A DNA stretch of 64,000 bases, taken from assembly GCF_031769215.1 (NCBI RefSeq), contig NW_026782170.1, forward strand, positions 806,001 to 870,000. The letters run 5' to 3'. This document shows positions 49,801 to 61,200 of this stretch, one piece after another; the stretch's first letter is position 1; each line of letters begins with the position of its first letter. The notes beneath the pieces were generated by a model, which worked only from the letters and a program-made list of their open reading frames with translations, was not told the DNA's origin and did no database searches. This DNA comes from Ylistrum balloti. Lineage: Eukaryota. A program made the translations under genes and the position numbers.

Positions 49801-52800
49801 TGCTGGCTAAATAATCAATGACAGTTAAGAACAGATTGACCTATTTTCTCCCAAAGTTGTTACTGATATGGATAAATATAATTTTAGCCAATTTACTATT
49901 GTGGTAGGACCATAAAAATATTTTTCTGAAGAGTCTGGCCAAATAAGAGACAAAACTATAATTGTTCAGTTTAAGAATAGATACCCAGGTAATGGGATTA
50001 ATGGACAATATAGACAGTTTATAGAGATTGGAGACTTATTTCACTACACAATCTCCACTGTGATATATATGATAATGGTGTACCTGAGGTGTAGTAACAA
50101 GAACAGCTCCATCAGGGTTGTAGGACTTGAGACTCTCTACCACACTGATATGTTCATCTGAAGTGCCAGGAGGCGTGTCTATCACCAGGTACTCAAGATC
50201 ACGCCAAACCACATCACTGAGGAACTGCTTTATCATAGCTGAAGTACACGTACTTATATGATGATGGTAGTTAAACCAGGCCACTATACACTTTATTACT
50301 TTGGAACTTTTTGAAACAATTTGGCTTCAGCAGACCAATTCTGTTATACACTGTATATGGCTTAATCTTAAATTAAAAATTATAATTGCAAATATTCTCG
50401 CTAAACTTTTAAGGAGTATGCTTATACTTTTATACACTGTATATAAAGTTAAGTAACTGATAGAAGAATTAAATAATTGACATATGTTTGAAGTGTTTCC
50501 TAGATTCAGAAAACATTGCAGAACTCCACAATAATTGGCAAGATTTTGTCACCTGTTTTCTTAGGGCCTCTCCACACAATGGCATCATTGGCATCCTCTA
50601 GGAGAAATGCTATGGACATGACTGACAGGTGCTGGTCCTTGTCCACAAATACAGGCAGCCATCTAATCACAAAATGATCTAATTACCAGAAGACTAAAAT
50701 ATCTCTGTTGTACTTAATTAGACTCATTCTACATAATACAGGTATGTTGGATTTTAAGGAAAAGATTAAGTCTTTGTGTTGATACCACCATTTAGCCTGA
50801 GTTGGCTATTAGAGGTGAATTTGGGTGCTGATATAAAACTTTTATGCATAATATCTGACATGTCATCAGATTTGTAATGAATGCAGACAAATTTCTAAAT
50901 AAAAAAAGGAATCCAGATGGATCTCATTTTCAGCCTCTTGCAGCTGTCGAGCCTATTTCTATACTATACTATACGGAAAGGGAAGTAACTATGATAGATC
51001 AAAATGGGGGGCCCTTGGTAACCATCTTGATGTTTCTTGCTTGGTTCTATGAAAACTTCATCATTTCTCTTAATTATTTCTTGTGTTGATACCTGTGATA
51101 TGTTGGTTCAGAATTTTGCAACCAATTTTAATGGAATAATACTGACCAAAGCAACTATATTAATCAATTTTAATTTGATCTCACACCCATATGAAACTTC
51201 AGAAAGATCCCACCAGTATTTTATGAGAATATATCAATATTCAAAATATAATTCTTCCAATCAATAATAAAATCATACATGCATTACAAAGGTGACTAAA
51301 GTCTGCTGTTTGAGATGGTGTCTCATTGTTTCTCAAGAAATAATTTCAATCATTTTCAGCTTTAATAATCAAAGATTATTTTCTGATATGCCTGACCGTC
51401 TTTGATGGAGAAGCAGTATTTGACTGAATAAGTAAGTTGCCTTGGAATAATCTAAATATCCTTTGGGGAAGTTTCAGTCATGTCATACCACCATTTGCTA
51501 ATATAGTATGTGAAAATAGTTTACATTCACTATATACTAACAAGAGAATTTTATGAAAAATCAACTAAGGGGGAATAACTCAGAAACTATGCATGCAAGG
51601 CAGGCAATTTTTATATGCGATACTCCATCACCTTGAGATATATATGTGTACAAAGTATGGTGACAATAGAACAAGGACTCACAAAGTTATGGCCTGGACA
51701 AGGAAAGTTTACGACGAACGGACGGACAGACAACCCCATACCATAATACGTTCCGTCATACAACATATGATCAGAATTCTCACATCAATAGATGCAAATT
51801 ACCATCTGTTTGGAAAAAGTTAAGATAATTGATTTTAAAGTACAAACCCTTCAGGACACTGGTGGATGTCTTGGTTTTCCAAGTTAAACATACGAGGAAT
51901 ACTTGGTCCACATAAATCCAGATCCAATAATCCAACCTGCAACATATATGACAGTATTTCAGAATTTCTTCTCTCCATAAACAGAACAGAATTTCTAATC
52001 TATGAAACATAGAGGAAGGAAACTTACAGAACACACAACCACTATTTGACTAGTCATATCATCACATTATATAAGTTCTATGAAATTTCGAGGAACACTT
52101 GAAGAGTTTGAGGACATAGGTAGAAAATGTTAACAAAAAGGAGACTTTGGAATGTATTGGCATTTAGGATGAAGTGACAGACATAATTTGATGCATTATT
52201 TTGCTTCAGTGTATGGGAGTGAACAAGTAAAATGTTCATCACACCTACCTTCTTCCCAGCATGCTTCAGACCGAGAGCTATCTGTGTGGCCACAGTGCTC
52301 TTACCAACACCACCTTTTCCAGACAGGACAAGAATGACATGCTCAATGTGGGATAAGTGGTCTGTACCTTTAACAATCAAATATAGTTCAGTTTCACAAG
52401 ACAATCAAGACATGTTCAATATGGGACAAAAAGGTCTTCACCTCTAGTTCAATGTTAGTCATCCATGTACCTTCTATTTCCCAAATGCCACATTTTGCAG
52501 CCATACACTCCTAAGTTGATAAGATCTTTTAATATGAAACAAGAACCAGTACACATATTTATAATCTCCTGGCAGTAAGTCCTGATAGCACCAATGAAAT
52601 ATTTAAATGCCAATAAGTAGGACATATAAGTATTATATATATGTTTGTAAATTGTTGGACCAAAAACATATTTGTCAATAGATCCCTCAAATAAACCAAG
52701 TGTTGGGTAGAGCCCAGGGCCAATTATAGCAGGACATTCAAAATCATCTCTTCATGCTCACTAACCAAACTGTTTATGCTTTGTATGCTGTAGCTTTCGA

Positions 52801-54713
52801 CAAAAACACCATGGAAAATTACATATTATGATTGATTTACATTTTCATACCAAGCAATAGAAAACATTTTGTGGCTATGGGGTCATTTGTAGCATGATAT
52901 TTACCATGTTATCATGGCAAGCAAATGTTTAAATTTTATACTGTGGTTATTCCTATAATCAGCAGCATGATGGTGATCTCCTTTTAATGACATTTATTAT
53001 CCCCTCCTTCTGAAGCCAGGTATCAATCCATTAGTTGGTTAATTTTTAATGGGGACTGATGCTGATACCAAAACATGGCTGTGTTCAGATTTTAGTCTTC
53101 ATTTTGTAAGTTGTGAAATGTATATACTTTGTAATTATTTTTCTAATCCAGGACTTGAGTTGTTTAAGTACTCTGGTAAATCACAAAACATGTTGAAATC
53201 TAGATTTTTTATCATAATGTAGTGAGATCAGTTCAACAGCACCAAATTTGTAATAAAGAGTAATGATAAATAGCCTGCTTGTGTTTAAACTCACAACCCT
53301 TCTGTCTACTGCTGGAATGGAAGAAAATCTTGACTACCTAAGGCCAGTAAGATGACCTGGACTCTCTCTTTACTGCATAACAGGTTGGGCACAATCCTGC
53401 ATTTGAGTAATAGTCCTGCATTTGAGTGACAGTTAGTGCTTTGGGTAATAAATTGATTACTCAAATTGGGCATACTTCAAATATGATGTTCTTTTAAACA
53501 CTTTTAACAGAAAAACAGGTGTCATATTTTTGACAATACCCCATTAACCAATACATCATTTTATACTTTTACACAAAGTGATCATTATTAAGGTGTCTTA
53601 CTTTTTGCAAAAATTATAAACATTATAACCTCCATTGCTTGTAGTGTGGCTAAGATAGAACAATGGTTAATTTATACTCACCTATGACATTATCACTATA
53701 TGCTCTCAATAGCTTTATCAGGTCAGAGAAAACCATGTGTATGATATGCAAGCTAACCTATCATATGCCAAATGGGATATGGATTTGTTACTAAAAACAG
53801 CTGAAATCACTTTAAACTGATTTTTTTTTCATTTTTTTTTTTTTTTTTGCCCAAGTCTAACTTAAGTTGCCATGAAATATATAACTGCAATTTTCTTTGA
53901 ACATGGAAACATATAAAAAATAGATGCAATAATTACATTCTATATGACCTATGTTACAAAAGTACAGTTACAAAAGGAGCCACTGTTATATCAAGTTTCT
54001 AGATAGCCAGAACTTTCTTGAAACATCTTTCAATAAAAAATATTTACATTGTCATAGATTAATGCGACTTTGAAAAATAAGTTACAAAAGTTACTGTTTA
54101 AAGAATATGGGCTATTTTTAGAGACAAATCCACATCCCAATTGGCGTGTAATTGGCAACTTTGCGTATGACATTTCAAATTGCCGTTTCAGCAAAGTTAG
54201 ATAACATACATAAATGTTTCTTACGCAAATGTATACAATCATATTGGACATTGGGACATGTTAAAAAGATGACGCATTTTGAGAAACTCGAAGCAGTGAG
54301 TGTCACTCAAATGCAGTGCTGTTTCCCATATGCGGATTTGTCCTTATCGTGTATCAGTGTATAATGTAAAGACTGGAAACAAGGCCCAATGGAGGCTGAT
54401 CTGGCCTTAGCTTTTGTTTTTGTGCACTGAGCTGTGAAGATATCATAGTTCCCATCGCCTTTTATACATCCCTGTCAGTACATATTTAATTCCAGTGAAT
54501 CTCCCCGTCGAAGAGGAATCCAAAAGGGATGTTATTTTATATATTTGCTTTATTTGAATAATGTTGCTTCAGTTCTTGGTAGATATATGTCTTTCTCAAT
54601 GAAAGAAATATAAAGTTACAGTGGAACGTTAAGAAAATTATATATTTCAAATAAAAGCTTCCCGGAAAAATGTGACTGAACACTATCAGAATACCTGTCA
54701 TGGGCGCAGACAT
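46895..54713 (-). CDS. NUBP2: Cytosolic Fe-S cluster assembly factor NUBP2/CFD1, 8 coding exons, 271 aa
   Basis: Exons 54713-54695, 52367-52249, 51936-51848, 50662-50553, 50238-50084, 48922-48812, 48454-48385, 47037-46895 (816 nt, GT-AG, phases consistent). Deviant Walker [48 protein letters not shown]. No N-terminal Cys-rich ferredoxin-like extension, so NUBP2 rather than NUBP1. Confidence 0.95.
47046..48100. repeat. 35-38 bp minisatellite, about 29 copies, in NUBP2 intron 7
   Basis: Unit GAGGTGTGTCATGTGTTACATCAAAGTGTTATCCACA. Confidence 0.96.
48685..48835 (-). repeat. 40-bp tandem repeat, 4 copies, unit = end of NUBP2 exon 6 plus donor
   Basis: Minus strand TTTTGTCTGT(C)CACATTGTACA|GTAAGT; donors GTAAGT (true, 48811), GTAAGT (48771), ATAAGT, GCAAGT. 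Confidence 0.92.
49125..49560 (+). mobile_element. HINE/Helentron-like non-autonomous element fragment in NUBP2 intron 5
   Basis: Starts AACAAGAGGCCCATGGGCCTT and contains TTTGACCCCTGTGACCT..GGGTCAAA, recalled hallmarks of bivalve HINE-type repeats. Confidence 0.45.
51537..51770 (+). mobile_element. Short HINE-like element in NUBP2 intron 3
   Basis: AACAAGAG start, GGGGAATAACTC, GACGGACAGACA microsatellite seed and CCATAATACG..CCGTC 3' motif. Confidence 0.5.
53740..54172. mobile_element. Old MITE-like element with about 60-bp imperfect terminal inverted repeats in NUBP2 intron 1
   Basis: 53740-53801 is approximately the reverse complement of 54111-54172 (GCT.TTTTTAG..ACAAATCCA.ATCCCA.TTGGC), about three quarters identical by eye. 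Confidence 0.45.
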
Positions 54714-54809
54714 CTTGAACTGAATCATTTGGACGCTTTTTTTTATTATCTCGTGTCATTTGAGAATTTGCGTGATTTCAGGAAACGCTGCAGACGGTAA
54801 ATTTGCTTT
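54714..54809. promoter_or_regulatory. 96-bp head-to-head interval between the NUBP2 and MXRA7-like start codons (bidirectional promoter)
   Basis: NUBP2 ATG at 54713 (minus) and MXRA7-like ATG at 54810 (plus); CpG-containing sequence between them. Confidence 0.6.
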
Positions 54810-55956
54810 ATGGCGATGGAGATTTTGGGGATTAACGTTTCGCTATCAAGCTCTGTAACAATTGTGATAACAGTAGTTATACTTTCTTTGTCAACTGTTT
54901 ACACGTTCAGAAACATTCTCCGGATATGGAGAAAAGGTCAACCGAAGCCAGTTACGACTGACGCGACACAAGAAGATGATGTCGCCTCTGCAGCAGCTCC
55001 GACAGATTCTGTCGAAGAAAATCCAGCGAAGCCAGCAGGTGTTGTGTCGGAAATCGATTCGGAAGATAATGGTAGGCGTAATGGTTTGAAGTTATAGAAT
55101 AACTGATGTATCATAAAGTTTTGCTGTCTAATAACTGTTGTCTTCCGTTCAGTCTATTTGATAGCGAAAATACATTATCAGTATTGTATCTTTTACATAT
55201 AAAAATATGGTTAACGTGATTTCATTCTGACGTTTCTATGGAAACAAACATGAATGGCCACAAGATAATGTGATGGTATGAACAGTTGCTTCTATTTGAA
55301 AATGTATATCTATACGCGAAATTCGTCTTATTTGGTTTGAGGAATTGTCCCTCGTCTGCTTTAGTTTATGATCGATATTGACTAATGACGCCATGACGAA
55401 TAAAATGTCATCTAAACGTGTTTGTTTAAAGCATGTTTTAAATAAATATTAATGAAGACTGCTGGAAGCAGCATGCATGGATGCCCATTTGTTTATACTA
55501 AAATAATGTAATAATGGTTGATACATCATCTTGTGTGATATAATTCAGTTATTTCATAATATGTTGGCAGGATAGTCAACACTTTTGACAAAAACAATCC
55601 CTACACTACCCTCTGAAAAAATGGTGAAATACTATTAGTAGAGTTACTAAGAAGACAGGAATTGTACAACATTCCTACTGTCGATCTGAATTTTCATTTT
55701 TGTAGGAGGGGTTAATCTGGATGACATAGATCCTGTAGAGTACTGTGAACATATTCAGAGTGAAGTGAAGAAGGCCAAACAACGAGTTACGACAAAGAAG
55801 ATTGTGGAGGAGCTGACACCAGAACAGGTAAAAGAAGAACTGGAGATTCAGCAACAACAACTTCAAAACATTTTCCAACTGATGCAGACACAGAATGAAA
55901 AGTTTGGAGTCAATAGCCTCGACGAAGTCCAACAACAAATGAAGTTATACGCGTAA
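54810..55956 (+). CDS. MXRA7: Matrix-remodeling-associated protein 7-like, single N-terminal TM segment, 2 exons, 170 aa
   Basis: Exons 54810-55071 and 55706-55956 (phase 1, GT-AG). N-terminal hydrophobic segment, acidic linker, then EELEIQQQQLQNIFQLMQTQNEKFGVNSLDEVQQQMKLYA, resembling the recalled vertebrate MXRA7 C-terminus (EEEQRVQKEQLAAIFKLMKDNKETFGEMSDGDVQEQLRLYDM). Confidence 0.75.
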
Positions 55957-58223
55957 ACAATGAAGGTGGTGATGTGTACAAGTCTGAATGAAGTGGAAAA
56001 AATTCAAATATTCCAGTTACACTTTGTTTATCAATGTTATAGTTCTTGTGTTTTGTATTTTCAACATCATGCCGTCCTTTAATGTTAGTTATTGTGAAAG
56101 CAATATGTATATCATTGTAAATACATTTTTTTTCTTAGTTTTTGTCAAATTGTTTAAAAAAACACATTGTATATCCACAGCATCATATGTTTACATTAAT
56201 CATGAGTTATAATGAAAGAGTGAAAAAATGTAGGGGAGGAGGGCATGCTCATTAAAGATACTTAATTCAAATGAAATTTGTTTGGGCATGCAATTTGGTG
56301 ACAAAAAAACATTTCTAAAGTTACTCTGACAGATCAAATGAGAGGCACCAATTTAAAGACTAAGGGTGCTTTCGTGTAAGCAGTTTAAACGGTTGGACTG
56401 GCTGAACCTGCAAGAAAAATGCCAGGTACAGTTCAGGACGGAGGCTGGACTGCAGAATATTTGACATGTGCAGTTTGAGGGGTCCAACAGTACCTCTGTG
56501 AATCTAACTTGCTTAATACCATTAGTTTTCAGAATTTCAGCATAAAATTTAGAGTCAGTACACTCATATATTTTCAGGAGCATTGTGCTTTGAAGTATGA
56601 GTGAAATGGATGGTATGTTCCTTTTAGTTGATTGATTTATGCATGGCAGTAACTTCTGAAACTTCATATTGAACTCCACATATATCAGGTTCAACATCTG
56701 GTACAATGCATTCGGTATAGTAGAATAATTCCAGATCACTTCAACCGTTTCATCTGGGTTACACGAATGCAGCCTAAGTACTACATTGACATCGGGGAAA
56801 TAAGCAACCTTTTAACAGGCTTTAATTGCACATGCCCATTTTCTTTCCCAGAAATAAATGAATGGTGTCGTTCACTATTTAGGGGCAGGTATACCAATTA
56901 GATTAAGTATTGTAAATATAAATCAGAAAAAAATGCATTTCATCAAACCATTAACATCATGACATTATTTTTTTTACTCAATATTAAAGGTTTGTTCACA
57001 CTGACTTAACAAATTATTCATACTGTAGTCATTGTATGTAGGTAATACATCCCAAGGCACTTTAAGAGGGTTTTATAGGTTTGAAAACCATATATGCCAG
57101 TCCAAAAAAGCTTTCATAACTGTCAGGTTTTGCATGAAAGTACCCATTTTAATGGCAGCATTTTTCATCACTAAAGTAATACATTTTGAATCTCACATAC
57201 TTTAAACCTGCATTTACCTTGACAGTGCTGCACACTTGATCTTGTGTCCACTCACAGAATCTGGAGTAGGTAGAATAGGAATTACTCCAAAAACCCATTG
57301 CCTTTTTTAAAAATTCAGCTTGTATGTAAATGAATGAAAGATATTTAACAGTCAGTTTATGCTTGTTTGAATGCAAATCAGATGCATCCACATCTCTTAA
57401 AGCCTCACCTCCTCTGTAGCTGTGCATTACAAAGGTGTTCCTGAATATCCAGAGTGAAGTTTTACCTATTTATTATAAACATTTAATTACTCTGCACCTT
57501 GCATCTCATAACACTGGCACAAGCAATAAGTGTGTATTGACAGATGAGGCTAATCACTGTTCTGATGCCAATCAAAATTATGATTGCGAACATATAAAAT
57601 GACTGCCATTAAATGAAAGTCTATATTTTATTTATCAAATTGTATTGGTCATAAGTATAAATAACATATTTCATTGTTTGCTTTTAAAACAATATAGTTC
57701 TAAATATAAAAATACAGTAGTTGTACATTTGTCAGATTTCTTCATACCGGATTAAGAAAGGAATCACCAGTGGTCACTACCCTGAGAAGTAAAGCGAATT
57801 AATATTGATGTACATAATTAGGTAAATGGAAATTGCATTAGGTACCGGAAGGTGCAATAGTGAAAATACTCATTTATGTACCTTTATCATGTATTAAGCA
57901 ATGAAAAATAAATGTGTTTTTTCATACCTTTATGCAGATACAATCTGACAACTTCTGCATTTGTATTACAATTATTAATATGTGCCTCAGAAACTGACGA
58001 ATTTAGTATTTTATTCTGTAGTAATAGATTTGTATGACACAAAGTGTATTTTTACTACCATATAGGTATTCAGTCTTGTAGAAGTTGATATCTCTTAAAT
58101 ATTGTTGTTACTTTGTTTCTTATAAAATAAATGGTAAATCAAGTAACGATGGCTCCAGTTGTCAGTCACACTGTGTTAATAATTGTATGTGAAAAAAATA
58201 AGGAATCTCCCTAGAAAACTAGG

Positions 58224-61200
58224 TTATTTAATGATGACATTTGGATTTCTGCTTGTCAAAAACAGGTATATCCTACGAGACATTTCCTTGCCAATTCGAC
58301 GAGTTGTTCCAAGCACACCTGTTCCACGTCTCACCTGTAAATACAAGTTGCTACTTTTACTCTATCAATATCAGGTTTCCTGTGATATACAATCCATTAT
58401 CTAGTTACTTGTGAAATACAATAGCCATAGACAGCCATTAGACGAATGCGAATGCTGTCACTTTGGAAAGGTGATGATAGAAAATCAATAAACACATACT
58501 ACAAATGTAACAGAACTTTTAACAGCTTGTTGTAACCAGGAGGTACAATTAAAGATGTAATTCCATGTTGTGATCAAATGTGATGAAAGATAATGACTGC
58601 TTACTCATTATTTGCTGATGCTTGCTGCTTCTGGTGTAATGATAGGGTGTGAAGTTAGAAAAGATATTACAGTAAGATACTATGAAAGTCAACACTTACC
58701 ACAATGTTCTCTAAAAGGCGAGAGGCACTAGTCTCATCTGTACATTCAGTCAATGCCTGAAAGAGTTAATAATTAGTTCATGACAAGGAGGTAGTCTTTG
58801 TGGAAAAGCAAACCCACTTTACTGGTTATTGTCAAGCTGAATGTCTTGTCATAGGCATTCACCTAGATAATAAAAGAAAAAAATCTTATCATTATCAAAG
58901 CAGATGGCTATGGTCTGAGAACATTCAAACTCCACAGGGCAGTACTTGTACCTTGAAGAAACTCAATTAAATGCAAATATTTCTTTTCAAGGGGACTAGA
59001 CTACTGTCTTCGTCATGCAATAAGCACAGGAGGCTAATATGTCCAGCGATGGGCTTATCACAGGACTTATACACCTGTTGGTGATAATACATATATTATG
59101 CATGAATTTATATAGAGCAAGTGTATGATATGCCTTGAACAGCGGGCATACATCCTTTCTATAGCTTGACCATCGTACACAACAGTGAGAGTTATAACAT
59201 ACTGTCACTCATCACCTTCAGGGCCAGTTGATATGAGCTAAATTACTAAGGACTGTCAGCTTGTCACCTACACTCGCTACACCGTTCTTTTAACATTCAT
59301 TTGAAGTCTGCATGTCTCTCATTCAATTTAATGAAAAGCATATTCATTCTTCAGGGGAACCATAGGTGAAATGTGAGAAAAAATTTCCAGTGATATTACA
59401 GAAATAGCATTATAAAACTTGGAAAGTTATACTTAAAAATGGTTGCAATATGGTGGATATCTTGTTTTAGAACTTATAGTTTATCTCAAAATAACATAAG
59501 ACTTTAAGAGGAACATGCAAAATTTTAAAAGATCCACCCATTACTTACTAAAAAGTATCAAAAGTGTTGACATTTTTAATTTTTGAAAGACCAGATGGCC
59601 AATGACAGCATCTTGTATATCATTCAACTGCAAAATCACATGTACAATTTAAAGTACCTAATCTCATATACAAAGTGGACAAATGTCAATACCTTTAGGT
59701 TTGTAGTTAGGTGGTCATTTAAAGTCACAATAGAAACAAACTTGAGACAAGTCAGATGATGTTTTTAATTTTTAGGACAAAGAGAATTCACACTTATTTT
59801 CAAACTCCAAGTAAATGATCACATATGTGAATTTTTTTATGGAGATGTTAAATTTTTAAGTGTTTTCATTTGGACAACACACAAGTGACAAAGGGCATGG
59901 ATAAACTTGATACAGAAAGTTTGTACCATGTATGTGGAAGCTTTGTTTAGTATACATGATCAGTTTACCTTGTAGAGAAGATAAGGAGAAGGATATTCTG
60001 CTAGCACTGCATCTGCAATGTCTGGACTGATGTTTTTAAACTGGAGGAGCTGTTGTTTCCAGACTTTGAGGAGGCCATGACCAGACTTATCAACTCTGAC
60101 ACCAGTTGTGCCATCTTCATGAAAGGAGAACACACTCTCTAATCTGTCTTTCCTACAATAACAGTGGTGCAGATTCATTGAGACATACCATCAATAGCAA
60201 TTTACATTGAAATTGCAAAAGGATCATGTGACACAAATGCTCCTGATGTAGTAGCCAAGATAATTATTAGAAGTTGAGGTTATTATGTCAGTCTGTATTC
60301 TGTTTATTGGTGATTAGACAGAAGGGATTACAGAAATAGTCAATAGGGTTGGCTATGTTGCTCGGTTATGATGACTTTCGTCTTGACTTTTGTGTACTTT
60401 GACTTGCAGAAATTCTACAAATTTGTTATCCTAAAATTGCTAGTTTTGAATTTTTCTTAAAAGAATTATTTTTCTGAGAGCTGTACTCCTAACTATTGAC
60501 TAGGACTTAAATTAAACGATCACATCTAATCAAGGTTAACTAGAACTGTCATACTGAGGATAACTAATACTCCCAGCAGATGTGAAGACCTCTGTATACC
60601 AAATGTGTTCAGAACACCATAAAAAAACAGTTGAAAATTAATCAGAGGCCAGGATTGTGTTGCTATAATAACTGTTTCTGAAACACCTAATGTATCCTAC
60701 TACAGATTTTAATAAGTCATACTATTTGACTTTCGTTAAATAGTAAAATCTGTTGAATAACCATAGAGTATAGTAAAACATGTTTCTAGTATACCTGGCA
60801 AAAAACAAGGAAAAAACCTCTAACATGTAAAATGGTAATGTTCAATGAAGGCAAGAACCAAATTTTTAGTCAATTGTAAAAAGATCCATAGTAAGGATTG
60901 TGAGGATTCACGGTTGATTGAACTTGAGTAAGGAGACTATGTAGTAAGTTTACCAAGCAAGTCTCATCAAAATTCATTTGTTCCTTCAAAATATAACATG
61001 TGGAAAGCATTCCAGAAGGGTGCTGAAAGATTAAAGCCAATCAGGTCACAGCAGCCTCATTAAATATGCAAGAGAATTCTGATAGTAAATCTTGAACCAG
61101 GGATTAAAGTAACAAGTCTACCAACCATGTTTCATCAAAATCCAACCATTCCTTTAAAAGAATGTAGAAAGCAGCATCATCAGAGTGATTGAAGAAATCA

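Noticed and set aside
56353-56739. 128-aa minus-strand ORF
   Set aside because: No ATG start and no motif; it lies in the probable 3' UTR or intergenic space between the convergent MXRA7 and EME genes.
57149-57612. TTAA-flanked short inverted repeat (TGGCAG/CTGCCA) as a piggyBac or Kolobok element
   Set aside because: The inverted repeat is only about 10-12 bp and the termini do not match the CCC or RR consensus; it could be chance.
58996-59208. Candidate EME exon beginning CTGTTCAAG|GCATAT
   Set aside because: The 58756-58700 exon has proper GT-AG sites, phase 0-0, and matches the EME motif LLxxIxVRRG.
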